From Desulfotalea psychrophila LSv54 (GTDB lineage: Bacteria > Desulfobacterota > Desulfobulbia > Desulfobulbales > Desulfocapsaceae), in contig NC_006138.1 in the NCBI RefSeq assembly GCF_000025945.1, positions 1,890,001 to 1,922,000 on the forward strand: a stretch of DNA of 32,000 nt, written 5' to 3'. The translations under genes and the position numbers were made by a program. Each line of letters opens with the position of its first letter. Within the stretch, counting starts at the first letter, position 1. The notes beneath the pieces are model-generated. The model did not search any database. It was not told where the DNA came from and saw only the letters and a program-made list of their open reading frames with translations. This document shows positions 8,606-18,786 of the stretch, piece by piece.

Positions 8606-9688
8606 ATGGCGCAAATAGACGGTTTTTTTAAATTGATGAATGATGAAGGCGCTTCGGATTTACATATGGTTGCAAATCAGCAGCCCGTGTTGCGTATCCG
8701 TGGTGACATGGAGCGGGTAAAATTTAAAAAACTGGGAAATGACGAATTGCGGGCAATGCTCTATGAAATTTGCCCGGAAGAGAAAATCAAGTTATTTGAA
8801 GAGACGGGAGATATTGATTTTGGTTATGAAATCCCTGGACTTGCTCGTTACAGATGCAATTATTTCCAACAAAAATATGGTGTCGGAGCTGTCTTTCGTG
8901 AAATTCCCAGTGAGATTAAGACCTGTGCTGAATTGGGGCTTCCTGATATAATTTGTCGACTTGCCCATCTGCCCAAGGGGCTTGTCCTGATTACCGGGCC
9001 TACTGGTTCTGGTAAGTCGACGACTCTGGCTGCTATCATTGATGAGGCAAATAAGGTCCGTAAGGATCATATTCTTACCATTGAAGATCCGATAGAGTTT
9101 GTTCATCGCAGTCAGAGATGTGTGGTTAATCACCGGGAGGTGGGAACGCACACAGACAGCTTCGCCACAGCCCTTCGTGGCGCCCTGCGTGAAGATCCCG
9201 ATATTATCATGGTAGGTGAGCTGCGTGATCTGGAAACGATCAAACTTGCCATGGAGGCAGCGATGACAGGTCACCTGGTTTTTGGCACCCTGCATACCAT
9301 TAATGCCATGAAGACCGTTGACAGAATTATTGAAATTTTTCCGGCAAGTGAGCAGGGTCAGGTACGTTCCACCCTTGCTGATTCGTTACGGGCAGTTGTC
9401 TCCCAAACGCTTTTTAAGCGAACCGATGTGAAGGGGCGTTGTGCAGCCCTGGAGATTTTGATTGCAACCCCGGCAGTCCGTAACCTTATTCGTGAGGCAA
9501 AGACATTTCAAATTATCTCTTCTATGCAGACAGGGAAGAAATTTGGTATGAGAACCCTCGATGATTCGATCATGACCCTTTTAGAAAAGAAGATGATCAG
9601 TGCAGAAGATGCATATTCAAATGCCGGTGATAAGAGTAAATTTGTTAAATTTCTGCGTAAACCGCCCAGTGATTTCACCGAAATGTAA
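8606..9688 (+). CDS. pilT: Type IV pilus retraction ATPase (PilT/PilU family)
   Basis: SDLHMVANQQPVLRIRGDM, Walker A GPTGSGKSTTLAA, EDPIEFVH, ALREDPDIIMVGELRDLETIKLAMEAAMTGHLVFGTLHT. Confidence 0.93.
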   Translation: MAQIDGFFKLMNDEGASDLHMVANQQPVLRIRGDMERVKFKKLGNDELRAMLYEICPEEKIKLFEETGDIDFGYEIPGLARYRCNYFQQKYGVGAVFREIPSEIKTCAELGLPDIICRLAHLPKGLVLITGPTGSGKSTTLAAIIDEANKVRKDHILTIEDPIEFVHRSQRCVVNHREVGTHTDSFATALRGALREDPDIIMVGELRDLETIKLAMEAAMTGHLVFGTLHTINAMKTVDRIIEIFPASEQGQVRSTLADSLRAVVSQTLFKRTDVKGRCAALEILIATPAVRNLIREAKTFQIISSMQTGKKFGMRTLDDSIMTLLEKKMISAEDAYSNAGDKSKFVKFLRKPPSDFTEM

Positions 9689-9706
9689 TGAGTGCCAGGG
9701 GAGGCG

Positions 9707-10747
9707 TCACTGCACTGGGACGAAGGCGAACTCTGTTGTGGGGAATTTATCGCTCACCAAGAGAAACCCTTTGTCCTCCAGGCGGACAATTCCCTCCCAA
9801 TTTCTGCTCTTACCGGGTAGCGGCTTTAGGGTAATGGCTGCTTTTTTTGTCCGTTTGATTGCCTCATCCTCATACTGCAATTCTACAATTCTCTCTAATC
9901 CTCCTGGATTGAGGCCTATCTCATCTTCTTGTAATATATCTGGGTCGCCTGCCAGCTTTTTGTCTCCCCTGTAAAAATAGTTGATTACCCAGAACTTATT
10001 GTTCTTATCTGCCGCAGTGGCGTCTGTAACTCTGTATGGCAGGGCAGGAAAGGGGATGTTGTTCTGGCCAGATCTCCTGAGACTAAATCCATGGGCAACA
10101 GGCCTTTGATTGACCGACTTTCCGTTAGCCTCATGAATAGAGTAGAGAGAGTGTCCTATAATTACCAATGATTCTTCACTCATATTGGGGATATGGGAGG
10201 GTGACTCGACTCGTATGGATCTCTCGATATCGACAAATGAGAGTTGTAGGCTGGAGAGGTCCTCTGCCATGGAGGCGGTAACAATTAGGGCATAGGCCTT
10301 GCCTGGACTTGGCTCCACTTCGATGGTGAGAAAGGCCGTATTACCGGAAAAGACAATTGCCTCATAACCCTCAAATCCCGGGAGGATATTCTGCAGATTT
10401 GGTCCCTTAAATTCAATTTCAAGGGGGTGCAGGACAGAACCATCTGTGATGGCCTTGTAGATATCTCTTTTATGGAGGGCAAAGATCCTTCCCCCTCCAC
10501 TTTTCTTTGGGAAATTTGGATACTGTGGTAGGAAGATAAGATAGTCTTTAAACCATGTCAGGCCAGAGATCTCGGCCAAGCGGTTGCTGATGGGGCCTGT
10601 TAGCTGTAGCTTCTGTACCTCTTTCACTGCCAGCTCTTCTCTTGGGCCGTTTACGGTGCAAGAGGTGGTAAGGAGGAGCAGGATGAGGGACGGGAGAAGT
10701 CGTGATAGGACGAATATCTCCCGAATTTTTTCTATAGTTTTTCGCAT
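9707..10747 (-). CDS. Putative lipoprotein resembling esterase-like/phytase-family beta-propeller proteins
   Basis: Signal peptide with lipobox-like LLLLTTSC, then EISGLTWF..., GFEGYEAIVFSGNTAFLTIE, and C-terminal RNWEGIVRLEDKGFLLVSDKFPTTEFAFVPV. Confidence 0.65.
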   Translation of the reverse strand: MRKTIEKIREIFVLSRLLPSLILLLLTTSCTVNGPREELAVKEVQKLQLTGPISNRLAEISGLTWFKDYLIFLPQYPNFPKKSGGGRIFALHKRDIYKAITDGSVLHPLEIEFKGPNLQNILPGFEGYEAIVFSGNTAFLTIEVEPSPGKAYALIVTASMAEDLSSLQLSFVDIERSIRVESPSHIPNMSEESLVIIGHSLYSIHEANGKSVNQRPVAHGFSLRRSGQNNIPFPALPYRVTDATAADKNNKFWVINYFYRGDKKLAGDPDILQEDEIGLNPGGLERIVELQYEDEAIKRTKKAAITLKPLPGKSRNWEGIVRLEDKGFLLVSDKFPTTEFAFVPVQ

Positions 10748-10781
10748 GATCTGCTACCTTAGGCTGGTTTAAAAGGGGGGA

Positions 10782-10810
10782 GTGCTAGCTAGCCTCTGAC
10801 TAGCCAGCAC
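10782..10810 (-). terminator. Hairpin between the efflux operon and the lipoprotein gene, possible terminator
   Basis: GTGCTAGCTAG-CCTCTGA-CTAGCCAGCAC (one non-Watson-Crick position), followed on the minus strand by TCCCCCCTTTT. A second weak repeat AGGGCC/GGCCCT lies at 10813-10840. Confidence 0.4.
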
Positions 10811-10856
10811 TTAGGGCCATCTTATTTTGCAAAAGGCCCTTAGGCGAGATGTGCGT

Positions 10857-12257
10857 TTATTCAAGGGTTGTGCTAAGGCCGCCACCGAGAACCTTGTAAA
10901 GGCTTACCTTGTTGGCAAGTTCCTGTCTCTTGATGTCAATTTTGTTCAGCTGGGCAGTAAAGAGGCTACGTTGGGCATCGAGCGCACTGAGAAAACTATC
11001 GATGCCCTGGGTGTAACGCATCATGGAGAGATCGTAGGCATTTTGACTTGCGTTCACTAACATCTCTTGGGCATTGAGCTGTTCGCCCAGGGTATCCCTT
11101 GCCACAAGTTGATCGGCAACTTCCCTGAAGGCATTTTGAATTGTCTTTTCATATTGAGTAACGGCAATTTTTTGCTCTACCTCTGCAACCTTCAGTCTTG
11201 CCCGGTTTTGTCCTGCATTAAAAACAGGAATAGATATCGATGGACCAAAATTCCACACTCCATGATTAAACAGGTTGCCAAGATCATTACTGGCATATCC
11301 CAGCTCACCCGTAAGGGCGATGCGCGGGTAGAAGGCAGCTCGGGCGGCACCAATATTTGCCCCTGCCCCCTTCATCTGATATTCGGCCTGTTTGATATCA
11401 GGTCGGTTGAGCAGTATCTGAGAGGGAAGGCCAACGGGGATCTCCTGGAGGAGGGCCACCTCCTGTAGGCTTTTTTGCAGGGGTATCTTGCTAAAATCTT
11501 TTATCCCTAGCAGGGCGACAAGGCCATTTTTGTCCTGTTGCACCAGGCGGGTATAGAGTGCCTGTTTTGTCCGGGATGTCTCCACTGCAATTTGCACCTG
11601 GGCAATATCAAGTTTTGTGGCAATGCCGTACTGGTAACGTTTCATGATGAGATCGCGACTCTTCTTCTGTGCCTTTAGGGTCTTATGGGAGAAGTTCAGG
11701 CTTTCGATATCACTGATAAGCTGCAGATAGGTATTTGCCGATTCGGCAATCAGGGCAATAGAGATACTTTTTTGAGCCTCCTCCGTTGCCAGATAGCTGT
11801 TTAGGGCGGCTTTACTCAAACTCTGAATTCTGCCAAAGAGGTCAAGCTCATAGGATGGCATTGTCAGGCCTGCTTTATACAGGTCCTGGGCAGGAGTGCC
11901 ATCTGGTTGATAATTGGCAAACTGGCCTGAGCCAGTGGCATTGATCTTTGGAAAAAGATCGGCGCGTTGGATATTATAGGTCGCCCGGGATTTTTCAACG
12001 TTGAGCAGGGCAGTCTGTAAATCCTTGTTGTTGTCGAGGGCAAGTTGTACCACATCTCGTAGAGATTCTGAGAGGAAGAACTCCTGCCATGGAATGTTTA
12101 TGGCAAGTTGGTTTGTATCTACTTCTGACTCTATGCCATATTCTCCCGCCTTCCAGGTAGCAGCAGTTGGTGTTTCCGGTTGCTGGTATTCTGGGATCAG
12201 CACGCATGAAGAGAGCATGGTGGCGGCTAAGAGCAGGGTCATATATCTTTTTTTCAT
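10857..12257 (-). CDS. RND efflux outer membrane lipoprotein (NodT/OprM family)
   Basis: Lipobox MLSSCVLIPEYQQPETP, LDLFGRIQSLSKAALNSYLATEEA, LLNRPDIKQAEYQMKGAGANIGAARAAFYPRIALTGELGY, SISIPVFNAGQNRARLKVAE. Confidence 0.95.
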   Translation of the reverse strand: MKKRYMTLLLAATMLSSCVLIPEYQQPETPTAATWKAGEYGIESEVDTNQLAINIPWQEFFLSESLRDVVQLALDNNKDLQTALLNVEKSRATYNIQRADLFPKINATGSGQFANYQPDGTPAQDLYKAGLTMPSYELDLFGRIQSLSKAALNSYLATEEAQKSISIALIAESANTYLQLISDIESLNFSHKTLKAQKKSRDLIMKRYQYGIATKLDIAQVQIAVETSRTKQALYTRLVQQDKNGLVALLGIKDFSKIPLQKSLQEVALLQEIPVGLPSQILLNRPDIKQAEYQMKGAGANIGAARAAFYPRIALTGELGYASNDLGNLFNHGVWNFGPSISIPVFNAGQNRARLKVAEVEQKIAVTQYEKTIQNAFREVADQLVARDTLGEQLNAQEMLVNASQNAYDLSMMRYTQGIDSFLSALDAQRSLFTAQLNKIDIKRQELANKVSLYKVLGGGLSTTLE

Positions 12258-15200
12258 TTATTCTACCTCGCTGTCTTTTTCGACGATTATCTCTTCCGGT
12301 TTTTTGCTAAGGGACATTTTTTCAACGATTACAAAGAAAAGTGGTACAAAAAAGATTGCGAGAAATGTCGCCGCAAACATTCCACCTATAACAGCTATGC
12401 CAATCGCATTTTGACTTGCGGCACCGGCACCACTGGATGTGGCAAGTGGTAGTACGCCAAGGATAAAGGCCATGGAGGTCATGATGATTGGTCTGTAGCG
12501 CAGTTCAAAGGCGGTGAGGGCCGCATCCATAAGGGTATGGCCGTCTTCGTAGAGTTCTTTTGCGAACTCAACGATTAAAATTGCATTCTTAGCGCAGAGC
12601 CCAAGGGTGGTGAGCAGGGCTACTTGGAAATAAATATCATTGTCCATGCCAAAGGCCGAGGTGGCGATAACTGCTCCAATAATACCCAGAGGCAGGACAA
12701 ATAGTACGGAGAAGGGGATGGACCAACTCTCATAGAGGGCTGCTAGACTGAGGAAGACAATGAGAATAGAGATGGCGTAGAGGGCCGGAGCTTGGGATCC
12801 TGAAGCACGCTCTTCGTAGGAAAGCCCTGACCATTCATAACCAATACCCTCAGGGAGCTTTTTGGACATCTCTTCCATCTCTGTCATCGCCTCACCGGAA
12901 CTGACTCCTGGTGCATTGGCTCCCAGGATGTTGATGGAGGCATAGCCGTTAAATCGTTCAAGACGAGGAGAACCGTAGTTCCAAGAGGTCTTGGTAAAGG
13001 CGGTAAAAGGAACCATTTTCCCCGAGGAATTTTTGACATACCACTCTTCGATATCAGTTGGTTGCATTCGTGATTTGGTAATTCCCTGGACATAGACTTT
13101 TTTTACTCTGTTTTTGTCCATAAAGTCATTGACGTAACTCGAACCCCACGCTGTTTGCAGGGTGTCATTGATATCGGCGATAGCAAGGCCAAGTGCTCGA
13201 GCTTTTTGGAAATCTATCTCTATCTTAAATTGAGGGACATCGTTGAGACCATTGGGGCGAACGCCGACCAATTTGGGGTTTTTTCTGGCCATGCCCAGTA
13301 ATTGGTTACGTGCCTGCATCAGTTTGTCATGGCCAAGGCCTACATAGTCGATGAGCTGGAAGTCAAAACCCGATGCGGTACCAAGGTCGATGATGGGAGG
13401 AGGATAAAAAGCAAAGATCATTGCATCTTTCACCTCGGACATGGCTCGCATAATTTGATTTGCAATGGCCATAACGCTCTGGTCTTTTCCCTTTCTCTCT
13501 GACCAATCCTTCATATTGAGGAAGCCTAAAGCGGTATTTTGGCCATGACCGGCAAAGCTAAAACCGACGATGGTCATATATTGCTCGATGTTCTTGGTTT
13601 GTTCTGTTTGCAGGTAGTGATCAAGTTGTTTCATTGCAGCTTCTGTTCGTTGTGCTGATGCCCCGGCAGGGGTCGAGGCCATTACCATGAGAACACCCTG
13701 ATCTTCGTCTGGTAAAAATCCCGTTGGCATTTTCATGAATAAAAAGCCAAGGGTAACAACGAGTAGGGCGTAGATGATAAGAAAACGGAAGCTGCGTTTG
13801 GCAATGTAGCCGGAGGCTTTTTTGGTCCCACTCCGTGCCCGGTTGAAGGTTCGGTTGAACCAACCAAAAAAACCAGTCGTTTTCTCGCCATGCCCCTTTG
13901 GAACCGGTTTTAAAAATGTGGCACAGAGGGTTGGGGTCAGGATCAGGGCGACGAGCACAGAAAGTGTCATTGCTGAGACAATGGTAATGGAAAATTGGCG
14001 ATAGATAGCACCGGTAGAACCACTAAAGAAGGCCATGGGAACAAAAACAGCAGAGAGCACTAAAGCGATACCGACGAGGGCGCCGGTGATTTGATCCATG
14101 GATTTACGGGTGGCCTCTTTGGGCGAGAGTCCCTCTTCGCTCATGACCCTTTCAACGTTTTCTACCACAACAATGGCATCATCCACTAGCAGACCGATGG
14201 CAAGTACCATGGCAAACATGGTGAGGGTGTTGATGGTAAAGCCGCAGACATGTAAAATAGCAAAGGTACCGAGGAGAACAACCGGTACGGCAAGGGTAGG
14301 GATCAGTGTTGCCCTGAAATTTTGCAGAAAGAGAAACATAACAAGAAAGACGAGGAAGATAGCCTCAAACAGGGTCTTTACAACTTCTCTGATGGAAATT
14401 TTTACAAATGGCGTTGTGTCATAGGGAAAGCTGTACTCAACTCCAACCGGTAGGTATTCGGCCAGTTCTGCCAGTTTTGTTTTTACCCGAGCTGCGGTAT
14501 CCAGGGCGTTGGCTCCCGTTGCTAGACTTATACCAAAGGCGGCACAGGGCTTTCCCATTCGTTTAATGATGGTGCCGTAGGTTTCAGCACCAAGTTCAAC
14601 GGAGGCAATGTCGCTTAAGCGTACCTGAGATCCATCTGTGTTTACCCGCAGGATAATATCTTCAAATTCATCAACGGTCTTTAAACGTGACTGGGCAAGT
14701 ACCGTTGCGTTGATCTGTTGTCCCTGCACAGCAGGCAGGCCGCCCAACTGTCCTGCGGAGACATCGATATTTTGTTCAGAGATCGCCGTCAGTACTTCAT
14801 TTGTTGAGAGTTGAAAACTGTACATTTTTTGTGGATCGAGCCATATACGCATGGCGTATGGGTCACCAAAGGCCGTTACCGTACCGACTCCGCTAATCCT
14901 TGAAATAGGGTCACTTATTTGGGATGAGATAAGATCGGCAAGGTAGATCTGGTCGATATCTGGGTTGTTAGAGTAAAAGCTGGTTACAAAAAGATAACTT
15001 GTGGAGGATTTTTCAACAGTAACCCCCTGTGATTGCACCGCCTGTGGTAGCTGTGGCATTGCCGTTTGTACTTTATTCTGTACTTGAACCTGAGCGATAT
15101 CAGGGTCAGTTCCCGGCTCCAGGGTAACTGTAATGGTTACCATACCTGCTGACTCACTGGTGGAACTGAAATAACGTATATTATCAATTCCGGTCAGTTC

Positions 15201-15401
15201 CTGTTCTATAACCTGGGTAACACTGTTTTGCAGAGTTTCCGCAGAGGCACCAGGGTAAAAGGCCGAGATGGAGACCTGAGGAGGAGCGATAGTAGGATAT
15301 TGCTCTACTGGCATGCCGATGATGGCAAGGACACCCGCCAGCATGATGAGTAGGGCGATGACCCAGGCAAAAACTGGACGATCAATAAAAAAACGAGACA
15401 T
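12258..15401 (-). CDS. RND multidrug efflux transporter, HAE1/AcrB-like
   Basis: [110 protein letters not shown]. Confidence 0.97.
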   Translation of the reverse strand: MSRFFIDRPVFAWVIALLIMLAGVLAIIGMPVEQYPTIAPPQVSISAFYPGASAETLQNSVTQVIEQELTGIDNIRYFSSTSESAGMVTITVTLEPGTDPDIAQVQVQNKVQTAMPQLPQAVQSQGVTVEKSSTSYLFVTSFYSNNPDIDQIYLADLISSQISDPISRISGVGTVTAFGDPYAMRIWLDPQKMYSFQLSTNEVLTAISEQNIDVSAGQLGGLPAVQGQQINATVLAQSRLKTVDEFEDIILRVNTDGSQVRLSDIASVELGAETYGTIIKRMGKPCAAFGISLATGANALDTAARVKTKLAELAEYLPVGVEYSFPYDTTPFVKISIREVVKTLFEAIFLVFLVMFLFLQNFRATLIPTLAVPVVLLGTFAILHVCGFTINTLTMFAMVLAIGLLVDDAIVVVENVERVMSEEGLSPKEATRKSMDQITGALVGIALVLSAVFVPMAFFSGSTGAIYRQFSITIVSAMTLSVLVALILTPTLCATFLKPVPKGHGEKTTGFFGWFNRTFNRARSGTKKASGYIAKRSFRFLIIYALLVVTLGFLFMKMPTGFLPDEDQGVLMVMASTPAGASAQRTEAAMKQLDHYLQTEQTKNIEQYMTIVGFSFAGHGQNTALGFLNMKDWSERKGKDQSVMAIANQIMRAMSEVKDAMIFAFYPPPIIDLGTASGFDFQLIDYVGLGHDKLMQARNQLLGMARKNPKLVGVRPNGLNDVPQFKIEIDFQKARALGLAIADINDTLQTAWGSSYVNDFMDKNRVKKVYVQGITKSRMQPTDIEEWYVKNSSGKMVPFTAFTKTSWNYGSPRLERFNGYASINILGANAPGVSSGEAMTEMEEMSKKLPEGIGYEWSGLSYEERASGSQAPALYAISILIVFLSLAALYESWSIPFSVLFVLPLGIIGAVIATSAFGMDNDIYFQVALLTTLGLCAKNAILIVEFAKELYEDGHTLMDAALTAFELRYRPIIMTSMAFILGVLPLATSSGAGAASQNAIGIAVIGGMFAATFLAIFFVPLFFVIVEKMSLSKKPEEIIVEKDSEVE

Positions 15402-15434
15402 TGTCTATTCCTTAACAGAGAGTTTGGTGGAAGA

Positions 15435-16580
15435 CTATTTCTTTGCCGTATCTTGAGGCGCCGTGATTTTTACAGTTGCCTCTGTTCGGAGTCGTTGGAA
15501 ACCTTCAGTGATAACCTTATCTCCTGCCTTAAGGCCCTCTGTTACAATCCAGTTGTTGCCATAGGATTCACCCACCTTTATTGATACAGAAACGGCCTGG
15601 CTTTTATCGTTTATTGTCCAGGCAGAAACTTTTCCCTTCAGGCCACGAATAGCTGCCTGTTGTGGAATGAGAAGAACGTCTACTTCATCCAGAAGCAGGG
15701 TGGCATAGGCAAAAAGACCCGGGAAAAGGATCTGTTCAGGGTTGGGAAAGATGGCGCGTAGCTCTACGCTTGCTGTTGTAGGGTTAACGATAACATCGGA
15801 AAACTGCAATTTCCCCTGGTGTTGATAGATACCAAGGTTGCCGCCAAAATCGAGATTGACCAGAATTTCCTCGGTGTTTTTCGCCTTTTGTTTCATGACA
15901 AGTACCTTGTTACGTACCTCCTGCATGTCTATGTAAATTGGGTCGAGTTGGGTGATCTGGGCCATGAGTGGAGCTTGGTTTGCGGTAACCAAGGCGCCTT
16001 CTGTCACGTTAGATTTACCGATAAGGCCACTGATAGGGGCATAAACTTTGGTGTATTTAAGATTGATCTTGGCCGAGGCAACTGAAGCCTCTGCTATGGC
16101 AACATCCGCCTTTGCCTGTAGAAGTGCGGCCCAGGTATCGTCGTAGGCCTGTTTACTTACAGCATTGATCAGGACAAGTTGAGCATAGCGCTTTTCTTTG
16201 ACATTTGTTGATTCAAGGTTGGCATGGGCCTTGAGTAGATCGGCCTTGGCACTATTGTAGACCGCTTGGTAGGGTGCAGGGTCAATTTGGTAGAGCTGGC
16301 TGCCTTTTTTTACCGCTCCTCCTTCGGTGAAGAGACGTTTTTTTATGATTCCTGTGACCTGTGGCCGTATTTCTGCCACCTTGTAGGCTGTGGCCCGGGC
16401 AGGAATCTGCTGGGTATATTGAATTGCGGTTGGTTTGAGGGTGATGGCAGAAACGGCAGTAGCTGGTGCCTTCTGTCCATCTTTTGTCGGCTCTTCGCTG
16501 GCAAAGGAGGAGAGCGGCGAGCAAAATACCAGGGCAAGGGCGAATCCTGTGCAATATTTAACAAATGACGTAGTCTTCAT
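15435..16580 (-). CDS. RND efflux periplasmic adaptor (membrane fusion protein, AcrA-like)
   Basis: From MKTTSFVKYCTGFALALVFCSPLSSFA: IPARATAYKVAEIRPQVTGIIKKRLFTEGGAVKKGSQLYQIDPAPYQAVYNSAKADL, YAPISGLIGKSNVTEGALV. The ORF track start at 16667 precedes an evident signal-peptide start at 16580. Confidence 0.95.
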   Translation of the reverse strand: MKTTSFVKYCTGFALALVFCSPLSSFASEEPTKDGQKAPATAVSAITLKPTAIQYTQQIPARATAYKVAEIRPQVTGIIKKRLFTEGGAVKKGSQLYQIDPAPYQAVYNSAKADLLKAHANLESTNVKEKRYAQLVLINAVSKQAYDDTWAALLQAKADVAIAEASVASAKINLKYTKVYAPISGLIGKSNVTEGALVTANQAPLMAQITQLDPIYIDMQEVRNKVLVMKQKAKNTEEILVNLDFGGNLGIYQHQGKLQFSDVIVNPTTASVELRAIFPNPEQILFPGLFAYATLLLDEVDVLLIPQQAAIRGLKGKVSAWTINDKSQAVSVSIKVGESYGNNWIVTEGLKAGDKVITEGFQRLRTEATVKITAPQDTAKK

Positions 16581-16647
16581 TGATAAGAATCCTGTTGAAG
16601 TGTATAGGAGAAACTTTTTAAAGTCACTCATCGTGAGCAATTTTAGA

Positions 16648-17229
16648 TCAGGTTGCCTCCGGGGCAAGTGCTTTTTTCATAAAATTGAGGTAAGTGGGAA
16701 ATAGATTCGGCGTAGGGGCTATTGTTAGTGTCATATGTCGATCAATCCCTATTGAGGTGGCAATAAAGAAATGCGCTGTTGTATGTGGATCCATCTCCCG
16801 GATAGAGCCATCCTCTATACCTCTCTTTATTAAATACTCAACCTGAGCTATAGAGGTGTCGAAGAACTCAAGAAATATTTTTTTTGTCTCCTCATGTTGG
16901 TAGAGCAGGCTTGGGACAAAATTGGGCAAAACAAAGACGAGGGTACTGCCCTCTTCACGGCGTAAGTCATTACAAAATTGGGCATATTTTATAAGAGCCT
17001 CCATGCCTGTTCCCTCGTTGGAGGGGAAGAATTTTATCGCCTCCAGCTGGGAGTTGATGATGGAAGAGAAAATATGCAATAATATTCCTTCCTTATTTGC
17101 AAAGTGGTAAAAGAGTGTCCCCTGTGCGACCTTTGCCTTCTTGCGGATATCCGAGGTGGTTGTTTCTCGGTAGCCTTTTTCGGTAAAGAGCTCTGTGGCG
17201 GCCTGGATAATAATTTCTTTTTTGGTCAT
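16648..17229 (-). CDS. TetR/AcrR-family transcriptional regulator
   Basis: N-terminal HTH: IIIQAATELFTEKGYRETTTSDIRKKAKVAQGTLFYHFANKEGILLHIF. First gene of the efflux cluster. Confidence 0.95.
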   Translation of the reverse strand: MTKKEIIIQAATELFTEKGYRETTTSDIRKKAKVAQGTLFYHFANKEGILLHIFSSIINSQLEAIKFFPSNEGTGMEALIKYAQFCNDLRREEGSTLVFVLPNFVPSLLYQHEETKKIFLEFFDTSIAQVEYLIKRGIEDGSIREMDPHTTAHFFIATSIGIDRHMTLTIAPTPNLFPTYLNFMKKALAPEAT

Positions 17230-17270
17230 TTTGTATGATAGTAAAAGTGTAAGGTATTAAAACGTCATTA

Positions 17271-17299
17271 ATTATCTAATAATCTAGATATGATGTCAA
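17271..17299 (-). promoter_or_regulatory. Sigma70-like promoter for the tetR-efflux operon (proximal)
   Basis: Minus strand TTGACA (17299-17294), 17-nt spacer, GATAAT (17276-17271). Confidence 0.6.
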
Positions 17300-17313
17300 T
17301 AGAAAGCTGTGCT

Positions 17314-17342
17314 TTTATGTAGAAGACTGACCAGTCAGTCAA
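17314..17342 (-). promoter_or_regulatory. Second sigma70-like promoter (distal) overlapping the operator
   Basis: Minus strand TTGACT (17342-17337), 17-nt spacer, CATAAA (17319-17314). Confidence 0.35.
17325..17340. promoter_or_regulatory. Palindromic operator candidate for the TetR-family regulator
   Basis: Perfect 7-2-7 inverted repeat GACTGAC-CA-GTCAGTC. Confidence 0.7.
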
Positions 17343-17447
17343 AACAAAACAGGCTTGATCTAAGGGGAAAGTTAGGAGGAAAGGTCTGCTGTGGAAAGTT
17401 TGCGCCTGCGATCAGGGCGCAAACTTTCTGTTAAGCTCTGTTGGAAA

Positions 17448-18719
17448 TTATAGCTGGGCTAGGGCCTGCTTAAAATCGGCAATGATGTCATCTATTTTTT
17501 CAATACCAACACTTACCCGAATAAGCTGGGGCGTAATGCCTGCTTTTTCCAGGTCCTCGCTGCTGAGTTGGCGATGGGTCATGCTGGCAGGGTGGAGAAC
17601 GCCTGTTCTTACATCTGCCACATGAACAACAATTGCGGCGAGCTGGAGGGAATTCATTATTTTTTCTGCGTCCTGGGCTGATCCTTTTACGCCAAATGTT
17701 AAAACGCCACTACCCGCACTGAGGTATTTTTTGCAGAGGGCATAGTTGGAATCAGCTGGGAGCATGGGGTACTTTACCCATTCAACCTTGTCATGCCCGT
17801 CGAGGAACTCTGCTAAACGGAGAGCATTTTCAGAATGGCGCTCCATGCGTAGATGTAGGGTTTCAAGGCCAAGGTTGGAGAGAAATGCATTTTGTGGTGT
17901 TTGATAGCAACCAATATCACGGATCCACTGAACTCTTGCCTTAACAATGTATGCTGCCTTGCCAAATGTTTCTGTATAGGAGAGGCCATGGTAGGAGTCA
18001 TCGGGCTCAGTCAGGCCGGGGAATTTGCCGTTTGTCCAATCAAAATTTCCGGAATCAATGATAATACCACCCACACTGGTGGCGTGGCCGTCAATGTATT
18101 TTGTTGTTGAGTGGGTCACTATATCTGCGCCAAGCTCTATGGGGCGACAGAGAATTGGGGTAGGAAATGTATTGTCGACAATGAGAGGTACGCCCATTTC
18201 ATTTTTAATGGCGACAAATTTCTCAAAATCGAGCACGTCGGTACCGGGATTGGAGAGACTCTCACCGAAAATGAGTTTGGTATTGTCTTTAAAGGCAGCC
18301 TTTATCTCTTCGGGACTGGCGGCAGGGTCAACAAAGGTTACTTCGATGCCCCATTTCTTCATACTGTGTTTGAAGAGGTTAAATGTACCACCATAGAGGG
18401 TGGCAAGAGCAATAAAGTGATCACCTGCCTGGCAAATATTGATCACAGAAATTGTCGAGGCCGCCTGTCCGGAAGAAACAGCAAGGGCACCGACGCCACC
18501 CTCCATTGCTGCAATTTTATCCTCAAAGACCGCGACTGTTGGGTTGCTGATGCGCGAATACATGTGTCCGGCGGCCTTGAGATCAAAGAGATCTGCAATT
18601 GCCCCTGCTGTATCATACTTAAAAGTGGTGCTCTGGGCGATGGGAACAATACGTGGCTCACCATTTTTAGGCTCATAGCCTGCCTGTACTGCAAGTGTGT
18701 CAATATGCCAGTTCTTCAT
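17448..18719 (-). CDS. metY: O-acetylhomoserine (thiol)-lyase / sulfhydrylase, PLP-dependent
   Basis: From MKNWHIDTLAVQAGYEPKNGEPRIVPIAQSTTFKYD: YSRISNPTVAVFEDKIAAMEGGVGALAVSSGQAA, HSTTKYIDGHATSVGGIIIDSG, VVHVADVRTGVLHPASMTHRQLS. The N-terminal 30 aa of the ORF track call (to 18809) look non-coding. Confidence 0.95.
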   Translation of the reverse strand: MKNWHIDTLAVQAGYEPKNGEPRIVPIAQSTTFKYDTAGAIADLFDLKAAGHMYSRISNPTVAVFEDKIAAMEGGVGALAVSSGQAASTISVINICQAGDHFIALATLYGGTFNLFKHSMKKWGIEVTFVDPAASPEEIKAAFKDNTKLIFGESLSNPGTDVLDFEKFVAIKNEMGVPLIVDNTFPTPILCRPIELGADIVTHSTTKYIDGHATSVGGIIIDSGNFDWTNGKFPGLTEPDDSYHGLSYTETFGKAAYIVKARVQWIRDIGCYQTPQNAFLSNLGLETLHLRMERHSENALRLAEFLDGHDKVEWVKYPMLPADSNYALCKKYLSAGSGVLTFGVKGSAQDAEKIMNSLQLAAIVVHVADVRTGVLHPASMTHRQLSSEDLEKAGITPQLIRVSVGIEKIDDIIADFKQALAQL

Positions 18720-18740
18720 AAATTGCCTTCTGTGGTTATG

Positions 18741-18786
18741 CCAACATTTCCCCCTCTGCTTGTCTGCAAAAGGGGTATTTTGTTGG
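18741..18786 (-). promoter_or_regulatory. Hairpin upstream of metY, possible 5' leader element
   Basis: Outer CCAACA (18741-18746)/TGTTGG (18781-18786) and inner CCCCT (18751-18755)/AGGGG (18771-18775). Confidence 0.35.
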
